Numbered from the stretch's first letter, positions 18,990-28,847 are shown. The stretch: DNA of 64,000 nucleotides from a bacterium (GCA_030704665.1 JAUYID010000009.1:163-64162), one strand, 5' to 3'. Notes: generated by a model from the sequence alone, not told the origin. Numbers and translations are program-made.

Positions 18990-20474
18990 ATGTTCAACTC
19001 ACGTTTCTCAATCCGTTTATTAGAAATTTCTTCCGGCCTAATTTCCTGGGCACTTTTAACTAGCCCTTTCTGGGCTTCTTTTCTTATTCCGGAAGTAGTT
19101 GCCTATTTTATCATTCTTTTTGATTTCTACTTTTTCTATAAGGCCTCATCGCTAAGTTTCAACTCGGTTCGTAGTTACCTAAAAATTAAGCGAACTGGCT
19201 TTACAAATTGGGTGGAAAAAATGGATCAAGAAAACCTTGATTATTCAAAAATTCGCCATCTAGTTTTCATCCCAACCTACAAGGAGCCAAAAGAGATTCT
19301 AGAAAGAACGCTGACCTTTCTAGCTGCTCAGGAGTTTCCCGCCAAGCAGCTTGATGTTGTCTTGGCAATGGAAGATAGAGACAATTCTGCACCCGAAAAG
19401 GTGGAGGCCTTGAAGAAAGCTTTTTCGACTCACTTCGGCAACTTCTGGGTAACTAGCCATACTCTTTCTCCTGGGGAAGTCATCGGAAAATCCTCAAACT
19501 TGGCTTTTTCGGCTCAGAGAGTGAGAAGTCTGATCGAGGAGGCAGGATACGACAAAAACTTTTTGACCGTCACCTCCTGTGATGCCGATGTTGCCTTTCA
19601 CCCCAAGTATTTTTCCAATCTTACTTATCAGTTTTTAACTGACGCAGAACGGCATTTTCATTTTTGGCAAGCGGCTTTGGTTTTCTACAACAATATTTGG
19701 CGAGTTCCAATTTTTGTGCGTGTCGTGCACACGATTTACTCGATCAGTGGAATTGCCGAATTGATGCGGCCAAAATCAAATTTTAACTATTCCAGCTATT
19801 CTTTAAGTTGGAAACTTCTGGAGGAAACTGGTTTTTGGGACGTTGATGTTGTTGCTGAAGACTGGCATTTATTTTTCAAAGCTTTCTTTTCGCACCAGGG
19901 AAAGGTGGAGCTTGAATCAATCTTTTTGCCTCTCTATGCCGATGCTGTTGAAGGTCAAAACTACTGGCAATCAGCGGTTGCCCAATACACACAAAACCGT
20001 CGTTGGGCTTGGGGAGTAACTGATATCGCCTACGCAGTCAGACAATTTTGGTCCAAGCGGCGTGAGATACCAGTCGGAAATTTCGTCTTTCGCTTCGTTG
20101 CGGCCCTACAACAACACTTACTTTGGCCAGTTACCTGGTGGATTCTTACTTTAGGTGCTACCATTCCTCCGCTGATCAATGAGCAGTTTGCCCACACTGC
20201 CTTGGGTTTTTACCTCCCGAAAGTTTCTGGTTTGATTCTGACTACAACGACAGTCTTCATAATCTCGGTAATAATCATTGATTGGCAACTTCGCCCACCC
20301 AAACCAGCTGATTATAAAAACCGTTTCCTCCTCTTCAACTTACTCCAATACCTGCTTCTTCCGATCACCGGTTTCTTTTTTGGCTCTCTGCCTGGAATGG
20401 ATGCTCACACGCGCTTGATTTTCGGCAAAAGAATTGAGTACAAAGCAACTGAGAAATTCGTTGAAAAAAATTAG
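18990..20474 (+). CDS. Family 2 glycosyltransferase, membrane-integrated (cellulose/PNAG-synthase-like)
   Basis: VFIPTYKEP...D.D...QxxRW-like motifs, plus multiple C-terminal TM helices. Confidence 0.55.
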   Translation: MFNSRFSIRLLEISSGLISWALLTSPFWASFLIPEVVAYFIILFDFYFFYKASSLSFNSVRSYLKIKRTGFTNWVEKMDQENLDYSKIRHLVFIPTYKEPKEILERTLTFLAAQEFPAKQLDVVLAMEDRDNSAPEKVEALKKAFSTHFGNFWVTSHTLSPGEVIGKSSNLAFSAQRVRSLIEEAGYDKNFLTVTSCDADVAFHPKYFSNLTYQFLTDAERHFHFWQAALVFYNNIWRVPIFVRVVHTIYSISGIAELMRPKSNFNYSSYSLSWKLLEETGFWDVDVVAEDWHLFFKAFFSHQGKVELESIFLPLYADAVEGQNYWQSAVAQYTQNRRWAWGVTDIAYAVRQFWSKRREIPVGNFVFRFVAALQQHLLWPVTWWILTLGATIPPLINEQFAHTALGFYLPKVSGLILTTTTVFIISVIIIDWQLRPPKPADYKNRFLLFNLLQYLLLPITGFFFGSLPGMDAHTRLIFGKRIEYKATEKFVEKN

Positions 20475-20499
20475 TGTATAATTTATCTCGAGGCTGCCT

Positions 20500-22047
20500 A
20501 TGACTAATTTTTTGGCAAAGCTAGCTAACTTCACTACTAAAAATAGGTTTATCCTTGTTCTTCTTGTTATCACTTTTTTTGTTCGCCTCCCCTCTCTTTT
20601 CGAGCCTTTCTGGTACGGAGATGAGGCAATCTACGCTGTGATCGGGCAAAAGATTTTGCGGGGAGGTCTGCTCTATGTCGACATTTTTGACCACAAAACC
20701 CCTGGAATCTACTACCTGACTGCTCTCAGTCTGAAGGTTTTTGGCCAAACTATTTGGTCCTTACGGTTTGTGTTGATGGGCTTTTCCCTTGCTAGTTTGG
20801 TTGTTTTTTTTCAAGTTGGTAAAAAGCTTTTTGACGAACGGGTAGCAAAACTAGCCAGTATCATTCTTGCAGCTTTGATAGCCACCCCTTTGATTGAGGG
20901 TAATATTTTCAACAGTGAAATTTTGATGATTCTGCCTTTGTCTCTAGGGGTACTTCTTGGATTAAACAAAAGATATTTCTGGTCTGGTTTCTTTTTCTCC
21001 CTTGGCTTTTTACTTAAATTCCCAGCTGTCTTTGACTTCGGGGCCTTTTTTGTTTTTCTGGCTTTGGCAACAACTAGAAAAACCTTCTTGGAAAACCTAA
21101 AATCTCTCTTCTTATTAACTTTAGGTTACAGTCTGCCGATTGTTTTGACAGTTGTTTACTTCGCCCTCCAAAACGCCCTTGGCGACTACCTTTTTTCAGC
21201 CCTTCTCTTTAACTTTTCTTATACCAACTACGGCAATCAGCTAGTTTTGGCCGGACGAACAATCCCCAATGGCCTAATCATGCTGAAAGGGCTACCTCTT
21301 CTATCTTTAGTCATTTATTTCCTCTGGAAACTTTATCAGCCTTTGGTCAAAGGTAAGGAAACTAAGAACCCAGTCTCCAGTCTTGAGTTTGTCATCATTT
21401 GGCTTGGTTTTGCCTTTTACGGGGCGGTTTTCGGGGGAAGAGCTTATCCTCATTATTTAATTCAAGCAACACCAGCTTTTGCTCTTTTACTTGGCGCTGG
21501 GCTTGGAATGGCTGCATTTAAAAAAATAACCTTCATGATCGCGGCCCTGGTCGTCAGCTTGGCACTTCTACTTGGTTTCCGTTCCTGGACAACAACCACT
21601 TACTACAGTACCTTTTTCAGGTTTGTCACCAACCAAATCACTGAAGAAACGTATATGAACAGCTTTGACAAAAAAACAGCGCGCAACTACTCAATTGCCA
21701 GTTTTCTCGACGGTTGTGTTGTTTTCAGCGGCGAGAAATGTCTCAAAACGCGTACTAGTCAGACCGACAGCATTTATATTTGGGGGAACTCTCCGGTCAT
21801 TTACTTCCTTTCTCAAAGAGACCCAAGCGCAAAATACATTACTGCTTTTCACGTCACTGGCAACAACGTTTTCAAAAAAGAGGTTCTTTCTTCAATCAGG
21901 GAGCGACTGCCAGTTTACATCCTACGAGAAAGCTCGGCTCCTGACTTCCCTGAGTTGGACAATATTTTAACTAAACAGTATAATTTCTTCGCCCAAACTG
22001 ATGACATCAAAATTTATCAACGCTTTGGAGGCCTTGAGGCCGACTAG
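20500..22047 (+). CDS. Family 39/ArnT-like (PMT-type) membrane glycosyltransferase
   Basis: N-terminal FEPFWYGDEAIYA...DHKTPGIYYL motif typical of dolichyl-phosphate-mannose/ArnT-type transferases. About 11 TM helices. Confidence 0.65.
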   Translation: MTNFLAKLANFTTKNRFILVLLVITFFVRLPSLFEPFWYGDEAIYAVIGQKILRGGLLYVDIFDHKTPGIYYLTALSLKVFGQTIWSLRFVLMGFSLASLVVFFQVGKKLFDERVAKLASIILAALIATPLIEGNIFNSEILMILPLSLGVLLGLNKRYFWSGFFFSLGFLLKFPAVFDFGAFFVFLALATTRKTFLENLKSLFLLTLGYSLPIVLTVVYFALQNALGDYLFSALLFNFSYTNYGNQLVLAGRTIPNGLIMLKGLPLLSLVIYFLWKLYQPLVKGKETKNPVSSLEFVIIWLGFAFYGAVFGGRAYPHYLIQATPAFALLLGAGLGMAAFKKITFMIAALVVSLALLLGFRSWTTTTYYSTFFRFVTNQITEETYMNSFDKKTARNYSIASFLDGCVVFSGEKCLKTRTSQTDSIYIWGNSPVIYFLSQRDPSAKYITAFHVTGNNVFKKEVLSSIRERLPVYILRESSAPDFPELDNILTKQYNFFAQTDDIKIYQRFGGLEAD

Positions 22048-22357
22048 CATCACTGCTCTTTCAATTAATTTTCTAATCACCCTGCTTAGCTATTGGCTTC
22101 TGTTTTATAAATACAGTAGCTTAGCACCGGCTGTACCTCTCTGGTTTTCCCGAGAATGGGGGGAGGCTCGACTCGCCAACCCGTCTTGGCTTTGGGTACT
22201 ACCTTTCAGTAGTTTGGGGATACTTTTGCTAAACAATATTTTCGCCAGCCTGATCAGAAAACCCCGCGTCGTCGTCGCGATGTTGGTCTGGTTTTCTACT
22301 TTCTTCTCTCTCTTGGTTTTTTATACCCTGTACCGTCTTTTGGTACTAACTAGCTAA
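22001..22357 (+). CDS. Small membrane protein (4 TM), unknown
   Basis: Hydrophobic profile only. Confidence 0.3.
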   Translation: MTSKFINALEALRPTSITALSINFLITLLSYWLLFYKYSSLAPAVPLWFSREWGEARLANPSWLWVLPFSSLGILLLNNIFASLIRKPRVVVAMLVWFSTFFSLLVFYTLYRLLVLTS

Positions 22358-22358
22358 A

Positions 22359-23456
22359 ATGTTTTTAATCAGTCTTTTTCTTTTTTCGGCGCTAATTACT
22401 TTTTCGGTCACCCCACTGGTGATCAAACTGGCACGGCAGCACGGGTTTCTTGATTATCCCAACCGCCCGCACCCAGCTATTATTCACACCAAACCTTTGC
22501 CGAGGGGGGGAGGACTAGCAGTTCTGGTCGGTTTGATAGGTTGTCTGACTCTCATCAGTTTTGTACAACCAAGCTTTGATAAGCGTCTCTTAGCTATCTT
22601 TATTGCTAGTTTCTTGATTGTCCTGGTTGGTCTAGCTGACGATAAATACGATTTGAATCCTTACTTACGACTCTTGGCGAACTTCTTTACGGTTCTGATT
22701 GTGGTCGGCTTTGGAATTGGGATAACAAGCTTTCACAACCCTCTCGGGGGAAACATCAACTTAGATATTTGGAGAATCTCCTTTAGCATTCCTGAGTTTC
22801 TTCCCTTTGCCGGACTGCACTCGATTCTGGTTCTGGCCGATATCTTTGCCCTGATTTGGATCGTCTGGATCATGAATGCAATCAATTGGTCCAGTGGGGT
22901 CGATGGCCAACTTTCGGGCATTGCTTTCATCAGCCTGTCTTTCATTGGTTTTGTCGCCCTGCGCAATTTACAAACTGATCCCAATCAACTCATTGTCGCG
23001 AGTCTAGCCTTCGGAGCTGCCGGGGCTTTTCTTGGCTTTTTGCCTTGGAGCTTTTACCCGCAAAGAATTATGCCTGGGTACGGTGGTTCAGCCCTGGCTG
23101 GGTTTTTGATTGCTACCCTCGCGATCCTCTCTGGGGCGAAGCTCGCCACTGCCTTCTTAGTACTGGCTGTGCCTTTGGTTGACAGTCTCTGGGCAATAGT
23201 ACGCCGGCTCTACCAGCACCGCTCCCCAGTTTGGGGAGATCGGCAACACCTCCACCACCAACTCTTAAAAAGAGGTTGGAGCATCCCAAAAATCGCCTTT
23301 CTCTACTACGCTCTGACTGCCTTTTTTGGTTTGGCTTCTCTGAGTTTGGACAGTCGTGGTAAGCTTTTTGCAATTGCGATGGTAGTTGTTGTTCTTCTCT
23401 CTTTTATCATTAGCGTGGGTTATTTAGGAAGAAAAGTTAGGAATGAAACAACTTAG
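22359..23456 (+). CDS. Glycosyltransferase family 4 (MraY/WecA-like polyprenyl-phosphate sugar-phosphate transferase)
   Basis: LVGLADDKYDL (DD motif), VDGQ, polytopic membrane topology. Confidence 0.7.
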   Translation: MFLISLFLFSALITFSVTPLVIKLARQHGFLDYPNRPHPAIIHTKPLPRGGGLAVLVGLIGCLTLISFVQPSFDKRLLAIFIASFLIVLVGLADDKYDLNPYLRLLANFFTVLIVVGFGIGITSFHNPLGGNINLDIWRISFSIPEFLPFAGLHSILVLADIFALIWIVWIMNAINWSSGVDGQLSGIAFISLSFIGFVALRNLQTDPNQLIVASLAFGAAGAFLGFLPWSFYPQRIMPGYGGSALAGFLIATLAILSGAKLATAFLVLAVPLVDSLWAIVRRLYQHRSPVWGDRQHLHHQLLKRGWSIPKIAFLYYALTAFFGLASLSLDSRGKLFAIAMVVVVLLSFIISVGYLGRKVRNETT

Positions 23457-24366
23457 CAGTTTACTTATTTCCTTACGGCCAGCCCAGTGGGTGAAAAATC
23501 TAGCGGTTTTTGTCGCTATTTTTTTTGGTGGCAATCTCTTTAACGAATCCAAACTCATTGCCGCTCTTTTCTCCTTTGTCGCTTTTTGTTTGATTGCCTC
23601 GAGCACTTATCTCATCAATGATTTGGTTGATGCCAAGGTAGACAAAATCCATTACGCGAAGAAAAACCGTCCCATTGCCGCGGGCAAACTGAGCATACAA
23701 ACTGCTTTTACCGCTGCGGCTACTCTGGCTCTGCTGGCTCTTTTTCTCGGTTCCTTTGTCTCCAAGGGAGTTTTGGTAGCAATCGGTCTCTATTTGCTAA
23801 CCCAAATTGCCTACAATTTTTACTTAAAGAGAGTTTTACTCTTAGAACTTCTAGTTATTGCTTTTGGTTTTATGCTCCGAGTTTTCGCTGGCTCTTTTGC
23901 AACTCAAACCTCTCTTTCCTCCTGGTTGATTCTGACGGTGATGATGATTTCTCTGTTTTTGGCAATCGGCAAAAGACGTTCGGAAGTGACTCTACTGGGA
24001 GAAACAGCTGCCCAACACCGTCCCACTCTTTCAGGTTATCCCTTGACTCTATTGGATGGTTTGGTTTTTCTCAGTGCCACAGCAAGTTTACTTACCTACA
24101 GCCTCTTTACCTTTAATACTAGCCGGCCAACTGTTACTAACTTTTTGGCACAATATCTACCCCAAACCCTAGTCAATGCCAAATGGTTGATGGTGACTAT
24201 ACCGATAGTTGTTTATGGGATTTTCCGCTATCTCTATTTAATTTTTGAGAAAAAGGAAGGCGATTCACCTGAAAAAATATTACTTAACGACAAAGCCATC
24301 TTGTTCACTTTACTTCTTTGGCTAGCAATCTCCGGACTGGTCATCTACCTTCTACCTGCGGCCTAA
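23443..24366 (+). CDS. UbiA-family prenyl/phosphoribosyl transferase (decaprenyl-phosphate phosphoribosyltransferase-like)
   Basis: NDLVDAKVDKIHYAKKNRPIAAGK and a second Asp-rich region. 8-9 TM helices. Confidence 0.7.
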   Translation: MKQLSSLLISLRPAQWVKNLAVFVAIFFGGNLFNESKLIAALFSFVAFCLIASSTYLINDLVDAKVDKIHYAKKNRPIAAGKLSIQTAFTAAATLALLALFLGSFVSKGVLVAIGLYLLTQIAYNFYLKRVLLLELLVIAFGFMLRVFAGSFATQTSLSSWLILTVMMISLFLAIGKRRSEVTLLGETAAQHRPTLSGYPLTLLDGLVFLSATASLLTYSLFTFNTSRPTVTNFLAQYLPQTLVNAKWLMVTIPIVVYGIFRYLYLIFEKKEGDSPEKILLNDKAILFTLLLWLAISGLVIYLLPAA

Positions 24367-24925
24367 AACTTTCAACTTCCCTGGCCAAATCATCAAAAAG
24401 CAAGTAAACGAAACTGATCGCGGTTCCAATCTCAAGGGAAAGGATAAAAAGAGAAATGTTGCCGCTGAGAAAATTTAAACACCCCTCAATGGAAAGATAA
24501 ATCAGCAAAACAAGCCAAACTACCGCTTGGTGGTAAAGTTCATGGCTATCAATGAAAAGCCCGTCCAAATTCTTGACTGTCAGTCTTTTGGCTTTGTTGG
24601 GATGGAGGTGGGTCAGGTGAAACTCATGAGCTCGAAACAAAGCCCAACCGAAGCAAACTCCAAGAACTAGAAAAGTCAGCAGACTAGAAGCAGTAGTAGC
24701 AAAAGCTAAGGCCCCTGGGTCTGTAAAACGCAGGAATGGGGTTGCGAGAGAAAACTCCTGAAAGCTAAATTCCCAGCCAGAAGGAAGAAAGAGGCTCGTC
24801 AAAAGTAAACCAGCCCACTTTGAACCAAAAACTAGGACAACTGGGAGGAAGGCTTCGTCAATTAATTTTGTGGCCGAAACTTTAGGCATTAATCTAATTA
24901 AATACTTTTTGCTTTTCCTGCGCAA
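24341..24925 (-). CDS. Polytopic membrane protein, unknown
   Basis: Hydrophobic profile. Convergent with the glycosyltransferase block. Confidence 0.35.
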   Translation of the reverse strand: MRRKSKKYLIRLMPKVSATKLIDEAFLPVVLVFGSKWAGLLLTSLFLPSGWEFSFQEFSLATPFLRFTDPGALAFATTASSLLTFLVLGVCFGWALFRAHEFHLTHLHPNKAKRLTVKNLDGLFIDSHELYHQAVVWLVLLIYLSIEGCLNFLSGNISLFILSLEIGTAISFVYLLFDDLAREVESFRPQVEGR

Positions 24926-24963
24926 GTTCTAGCACAGGTATGGTAAGATTTTAATTAAAGACC

Positions 24964-26073
24964 ATGAAGAAATATTTAACTGCCGCTGCCACTGCCATTA
25001 CTCTAGTTGTTGCCTTGTTCCTTCTCTCACGTTTAGTCTTACCCCTATTTACTCCAAAAAACGGTTTTTTACAGGTTTCTACTTCTTTACCCGCAAAAAT
25101 TTCCCTTGACAACAAGAACCTGGGGGAAAGCCCCTTCCGCGGCGAGAATCTGAAAACCGGCACACACCGTTTGCAACTTGAAGCGAAATTTTCAACCGCC
25201 AGTTCGAAAGTTGTTGGTGGTAGAAAGGTAAGCTGGACGGGAAATATCAGTCTCTATAGCAATGTTTTATCAGTCGTGAACTTTGACTTTGGCCCGACCG
25301 CGGCTTTCAATGCCTCAGAAATTCTCACCTTGCGTAAGGGCTCCACCTCAATCTCAGTTGTCAGCCAACCGGAAAACACCGAAGTTAGTTTGGATGGTTC
25401 AAGTCTAGGAGCAACTCCGCTCGTCAAAAGCATAAAATCAGGGGTACATCGACTCAAACTCAGCAAGGAAAACTACTTGGAGCGCCAAATCGATATCAAC
25501 GTAGCCGACGGTTTCCAAACTGTCATTCAGGTTGATCTCGCCCTAAACCCGTTACCAAAAGCTATCTCCAAACTCTCAACCAAGGAAAGTACCACTTTTT
25601 ACGACCTGTCTACCCTGGAGTCGTCTCTCTTCGAAAAACCTGATCAGTGGGCAGAGGCAGCCTGGTTTTTTCAAGAAAAGACTAATTCTCTAGAAACAAA
25701 GTTCGACGCCTTCATCGATCGGGCTGGGACGGTTTATTACTATGATCAGGCCAGTTTCAAGGCTAGTTTAAAAGCGAAAAAGAGTCTGAACGTAGGTTAC
25801 TTGGGAAATAAGGCGGACAAGGTTTTGTCCAGTCAAGCCAAAGCTAACTGGGAAAAACTCTTTCCGACAACGAAGGTTGCTCAAATTCAGGTTCTTAGCA
25901 CACCAACCGGAATTCTGAACGTGCGTTCTGGGCCCAGCCAAAGCGAGCGGATTCTGACAAAAATTAAACCTGGAGAAAAATACCCCTTACTTGGTGAGCA
26001 AGAGGGCTGGTACAAAATTAAAGTCGGCTCAATTACTGGTTGGGTCTCGGCCCAATACGCTAAAAAACTTTGA
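24964..26073 (+). CDS. Secreted/anchored protein with PEGA-like beta domains and a C-terminal bacterial SH3 domain
   Basis: ISVVSQPENTEVSLDGSSLGATP (PEGA-like) and GWYKIKVGSITGWVSAQY (SH3b). Confidence 0.45.
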   Translation: MKKYLTAAATAITLVVALFLLSRLVLPLFTPKNGFLQVSTSLPAKISLDNKNLGESPFRGENLKTGTHRLQLEAKFSTASSKVVGGRKVSWTGNISLYSNVLSVVNFDFGPTAAFNASEILTLRKGSTSISVVSQPENTEVSLDGSSLGATPLVKSIKSGVHRLKLSKENYLERQIDINVADGFQTVIQVDLALNPLPKAISKLSTKESTTFYDLSTLESSLFEKPDQWAEAAWFFQEKTNSLETKFDAFIDRAGTVYYYDQASFKASLKAKKSLNVGYLGNKADKVLSSQAKANWEKLFPTTKVAQIQVLSTPTGILNVRSGPSQSERILTKIKPGEKYPLLGEQEGWYKIKVGSITGWVSAQYAKKL

Positions 26074-26605
26074 GAAATTTTTTAAACTCCTCCAAGGCTT
26101 GGCGGCGGTGGGAAACTTGGTTTTTTGCTTCTGGACCCATTTCAGCGTAAGTCAGCTCCCCTCCCTCTGGAATAAAAACTGGATCCCAACCCCAGCCACC
26201 AGGTTTTTCTTCTTTGGCTAGCCTACCTGCCACTTTACCCAAAAAGGTGTGAATTTTTTGCCCATCATGAAAAGCAAAGACAGCTTGAGCGCTGGCAGCT
26301 CGATTCTCCACTCCTTCCATCATTTGAAGAAGCAGCTGGTTGCCACCAGCGGCCAAAACGTGTTTGACCAAAGGACCGGGGAAGCCTTTCCACTGATCTA
26401 GAAAAAGCCCAGCGTCTTCAACAATGAGGGGTTTTCCTGTCTGCTCAAAGGCTAATTTTGCTTTTTTCTGCGCAATTTCAACTAAATCTAAACTTTGAAC
26501 TTCGTCAATTTCTAGGCTTACACTCTCAACCGGAATTCCCAAAATCATCGCTACTTCTTTAGCTTTGTTGGGATTCCCAGTAACAAAAAAAAGTTTGTTC
26601 AACAT
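26060..26605 (-). CDS. rdgB: Non-canonical purine NTP pyrophosphatase (RdgB/HAM1)
   Basis: FVTGNPNKAKE N-terminal motif and overall ITPase pattern. Confidence 0.85.
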   Translation of the reverse strand: MLNKLFFVTGNPNKAKEVAMILGIPVESVSLEIDEVQSLDLVEIAQKKAKLAFEQTGKPLIVEDAGLFLDQWKGFPGPLVKHVLAAGGNQLLLQMMEGVENRAASAQAVFAFHDGQKIHTFLGKVAGRLAKEEKPGGWGWDPVFIPEGGELTYAEMGPEAKNQVSHRRQALEEFKKFLKVF

Positions 26606-26679
26606 TTATTGTAATTTACCAGCTTTCAAAAACTTGTGCTAGGGACTAGCATCGGATATAATCTGAGCCTAAGTTCCAA

Positions 26680-26754
26680 GGCGAGGTAGCCAAGTGGTAA
26701 GGCAAAGGTCTGCAAAACCTTTATACGCCGGTTCGAATCCGGTCCTCGCCTCCA
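26680..26754 (+). tRNA. tRNA-Cys (GCA), CCA encoded
   Basis: Cloverleaf read by eye: acceptor GGCGAGG/CCTCGCC, anticodon stem AAGGT/ACCTT with loop CTGCAAA (anticodon GCA), T-arm GCCGGTTCGAATCCGGT, 3-prime TCCA. Upstream TTGTGC-N17-TATAAT promoter. Confidence 0.8.
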
Positions 26755-26756
26755 AA

Positions 26757-26895
26757 GTAAGGGTTCGTTTTCCCGAAGGGAAACAATGTTTTAACATTCT
26801 TCCCGCTCGCGCCTCCATGTCCGGTTCGTTCCCGCGAAGTTTTAACGAAGCGGGACTGGATGCTTTAGCATCCGCCTCCGGTCCTCGCCTCCAAA
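26757..26895 (+). repeat. GC-rich structured segment ending in a 16-nt direct repeat of the tRNA-Cys 3-prime end (ccggtcctcgcctcca)
   Basis: Exact 16-nt repeat at 26739-26754 and 26880-26895. Intervening hairpins TTCCCgaaGGGAA and GGATGCtttaGCATCC. Confidence 0.5.
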
Positions 26896-26990
26896 AACTT
26901 GACTTAAGCAAGCTTTTTTGCTAGAATTAGTTTGTAATTCTCTCAACGCCGAGAGAATTTTTCTTTTTTGGCCCCGATTATCGGGGTTTT

Positions 26991-27701
26991 ATGTTGGGAA
27001 CTATTGTTCGTACTTCTCTGGTCAGTGCCAGAGAAAGACAACTTCATAGTCTGCCCCGACTCAATTCTCACCCTTACGTCCTCTCTACCACTGGCTATGA
27101 GACTTTAGCGGTGGTCGTGGACGCAGCAGCGGTGATCCTCCTTCTTTCAAGGCTGGGCCGCGCTGTGGGAAAAATTGCCAGCCAAGCGCTTCCGGCCATC
27201 CTTCTCACGGTTTTTACTGTTCTAGGCATGATCTTTCTTAAAACTGACTCGCCAGTCAGTCCAAGTATTGCTGCTCAAAGCAAAGACCTTCCGAAAATTG
27301 AACAGTTTGTTAGCGCAGTCGCCACCAACAATTTCCAAAAGCCTCTTGCCGGCTTGGTTTCGCAACACTATTGGTGGGGCCACCCGGGAACTGATATCCG
27401 TGCTCCTTATAGTACAAAAATTCGTCCAATCGAATCAGGGACAGTCATCGAAACCTCTTTTGAGGCCGGGGGCTATGGTTTCCAAATTCTTGTCCGACAT
27501 AAAGATGGCTTTGTTTCCCGTTATGCCCATTTGTCCAAAATCCTTGTCAAAGTTGGGGACAAAATAACAAAATTTAAGGTAATCGGTACTGTCGGTACTT
27601 CCGGAGACGCTACCGGACCACACCTTCATTTGGAACTCACACGCAAAGGAGAGACTCTTGACGCTGAGAAATACCTGCCTAACTACCAATTTAGCCCCTA
27701 A
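26991..27701 (+). CDS. M23-family (LytM-like) peptidoglycan endopeptidase with N-terminal membrane anchor
   Basis: HYWWGHPGTDI, GTVGTSGDATGPHLHLE (HxH), which are M23 zinc-ligand motifs. Confidence 0.8.
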   Translation: MLGTIVRTSLVSARERQLHSLPRLNSHPYVLSTTGYETLAVVVDAAAVILLLSRLGRAVGKIASQALPAILLTVFTVLGMIFLKTDSPVSPSIAAQSKDLPKIEQFVSAVATNNFQKPLAGLVSQHYWWGHPGTDIRAPYSTKIRPIESGTVIETSFEAGGYGFQILVRHKDGFVSRYAHLSKILVKVGDKITKFKVIGTVGTSGDATGPHLHLELTRKGETLDAEKYLPNYQFSP

Positions 27702-27714
27702 ACGAACAAGGCGA

Positions 27715-27738
27715 ACTTTTCGTGTGCACGAAAAAGTC
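27715..27738. terminator. Bidirectional terminator hairpin between the M23 peptidase and the RT gene
   Basis: Perfect inverted repeat ACTTTTCGTG-tg-CACGAAAAAGT. Confidence 0.5.
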
Positions 27739-27746
27739 CGCCCCGA

Positions 27747-28847
27747 TCAACTCTCCCACAACCTCAGCTGGTGACCTTCTGGGTAGATGGTTTCCAACTG
27801 TTTCTCAATTGTTTCTCCTTCCCCCAACTTTCCAATGATCTGGCGAGGTAGGTCCTCACCATAAATCTGTCTCGGCAAGGAAAGCAGCCCGGCTGCTCTG
27901 GCGACATCGCCTTTGGTCAAAGCAGTGTGAAGCGCTCCTCGCAGCCGACGTCTTGTCCGCTTCGGCAATCTCAACTCACCGTCGCGAATACTCACCCCCA
28001 AAACCTGGAGATTGGTATGGCCACTGATCTCCATAAGCTTGGTTTTGCGCTCGTTCAACTCGAAGGGAGTCTTCTCGTTGACGATTCGGCAGAGGGTGCG
28101 AACTTCAAGCTCAGTAATGGGACCATCTGCCGAGATCGCAATATTGTCCGCATAGCGGGTGTAGATCGCTCCCATCTTGTCAGCAAAGATCGCCAGACGC
28201 CGGTCCAGGTCACGGCAAACGAAATTGAAGAGAACCGGCGAGCTTGGTGCTCCCTGGGGCAAACGTGGCTCTAGTCCCAAACCTGGCACTAGAGTGGTGC
28301 AAAGGCGAGTGATCGCCAAAGCAAGCCACTTACCGATCTTGACTGCTCCAACCTCCTGCTCCAAGAGCTCTTCGAGCAACCACTTTCTGGTTACACTGCT
28401 GAAAGCGTCTTTGAGATCCAAGCTGAGCAGGTAGCGTGAGTGTCGGTGAGCCTCCACTGCGGTCAGCATTTTTCGATCCCGTACAAAACCGTGACACGCC
28501 CTGTGCACCGGCAGACCGGAGAGCAGGTTGCGTAGCATTCGTCGCTGCAGCCAGCGCAGCCGGGGGTCGGGAATCATCAGGATCCGAAAGTCCCCTGACC
28601 TCTTCCTGATCAGTCGCATGTCGTAGGACTCATCAATTCCACTTTCAACAATTGCCTGCAGTTGAGCCGGCCAAACGTGAAAGAGCAGGGCGAGGTAGCG
28701 GTAGGGGTTAAAGGACCGCCGAATCCGAAAAGGATCCAGCTGTGTCCATTCCCGCCAATTTCCAACCCCGTAAGAATCGTAAACGTCATCCTCAAGTTCG
28801 CCGAAACGAAACTCTTCTCCCGCCTCTTCCCAGGCAATATCAAGCAT
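27747..28847 (-). CDS. Retron-type reverse transcriptase (366 aa), GC-rich
   Basis: RT domains: RILMIPDP (domain 1), HRACHGFVRDRK (domain 2), LDLKDAFSSV (domain 3), LPQGAPSSPVLFN (domain 4, QGxxxSP, not the DGR variant), YTRYADNIAIS (domain 5; YADN rather than YADD), NERKTKLM (domain 7), and a VTG-like LQVLGVSI. AAGGAG SD 6 nt upstream of the ATG. Confidence 0.7.
   Translation of the reverse strand: MLDIAWEEAGEEFRFGELEDDVYDSYGVGNWREWTQLDPFRIRRSFNPYRYLALLFHVWPAQLQAIVESGIDESYDMRLIRKRSGDFRILMIPDPRLRWLQRRMLRNLLSGLPVHRACHGFVRDRKMLTAVEAHRHSRYLLSLDLKDAFSSVTRKWLLEELLEQEVGAVKIGKWLALAITRLCTTLVPGLGLEPRLPQGAPSSPVLFNFVCRDLDRRLAIFADKMGAIYTRYADNIAISADGPITELEVRTLCRIVNEKTPFELNERKTKLMEISGHTNLQVLGVSIRDGELRLPKRTRRRLRGALHTALTKGDVARAAGLLSLPRQIYGEDLPRQIIGKLGEGETIEKQLETIYPEGHQLRLWES

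Noticed and set aside
26800-26895. Possible second tRNA gene after tRNA-Cys
   Set aside because: Only the 16-nt 3-prime end is duplicated. No matching 5-prime acceptor strand, D-arm or anticodon arm could be folded, so it is treated as a repeat or insertion scar rather than a tRNA.
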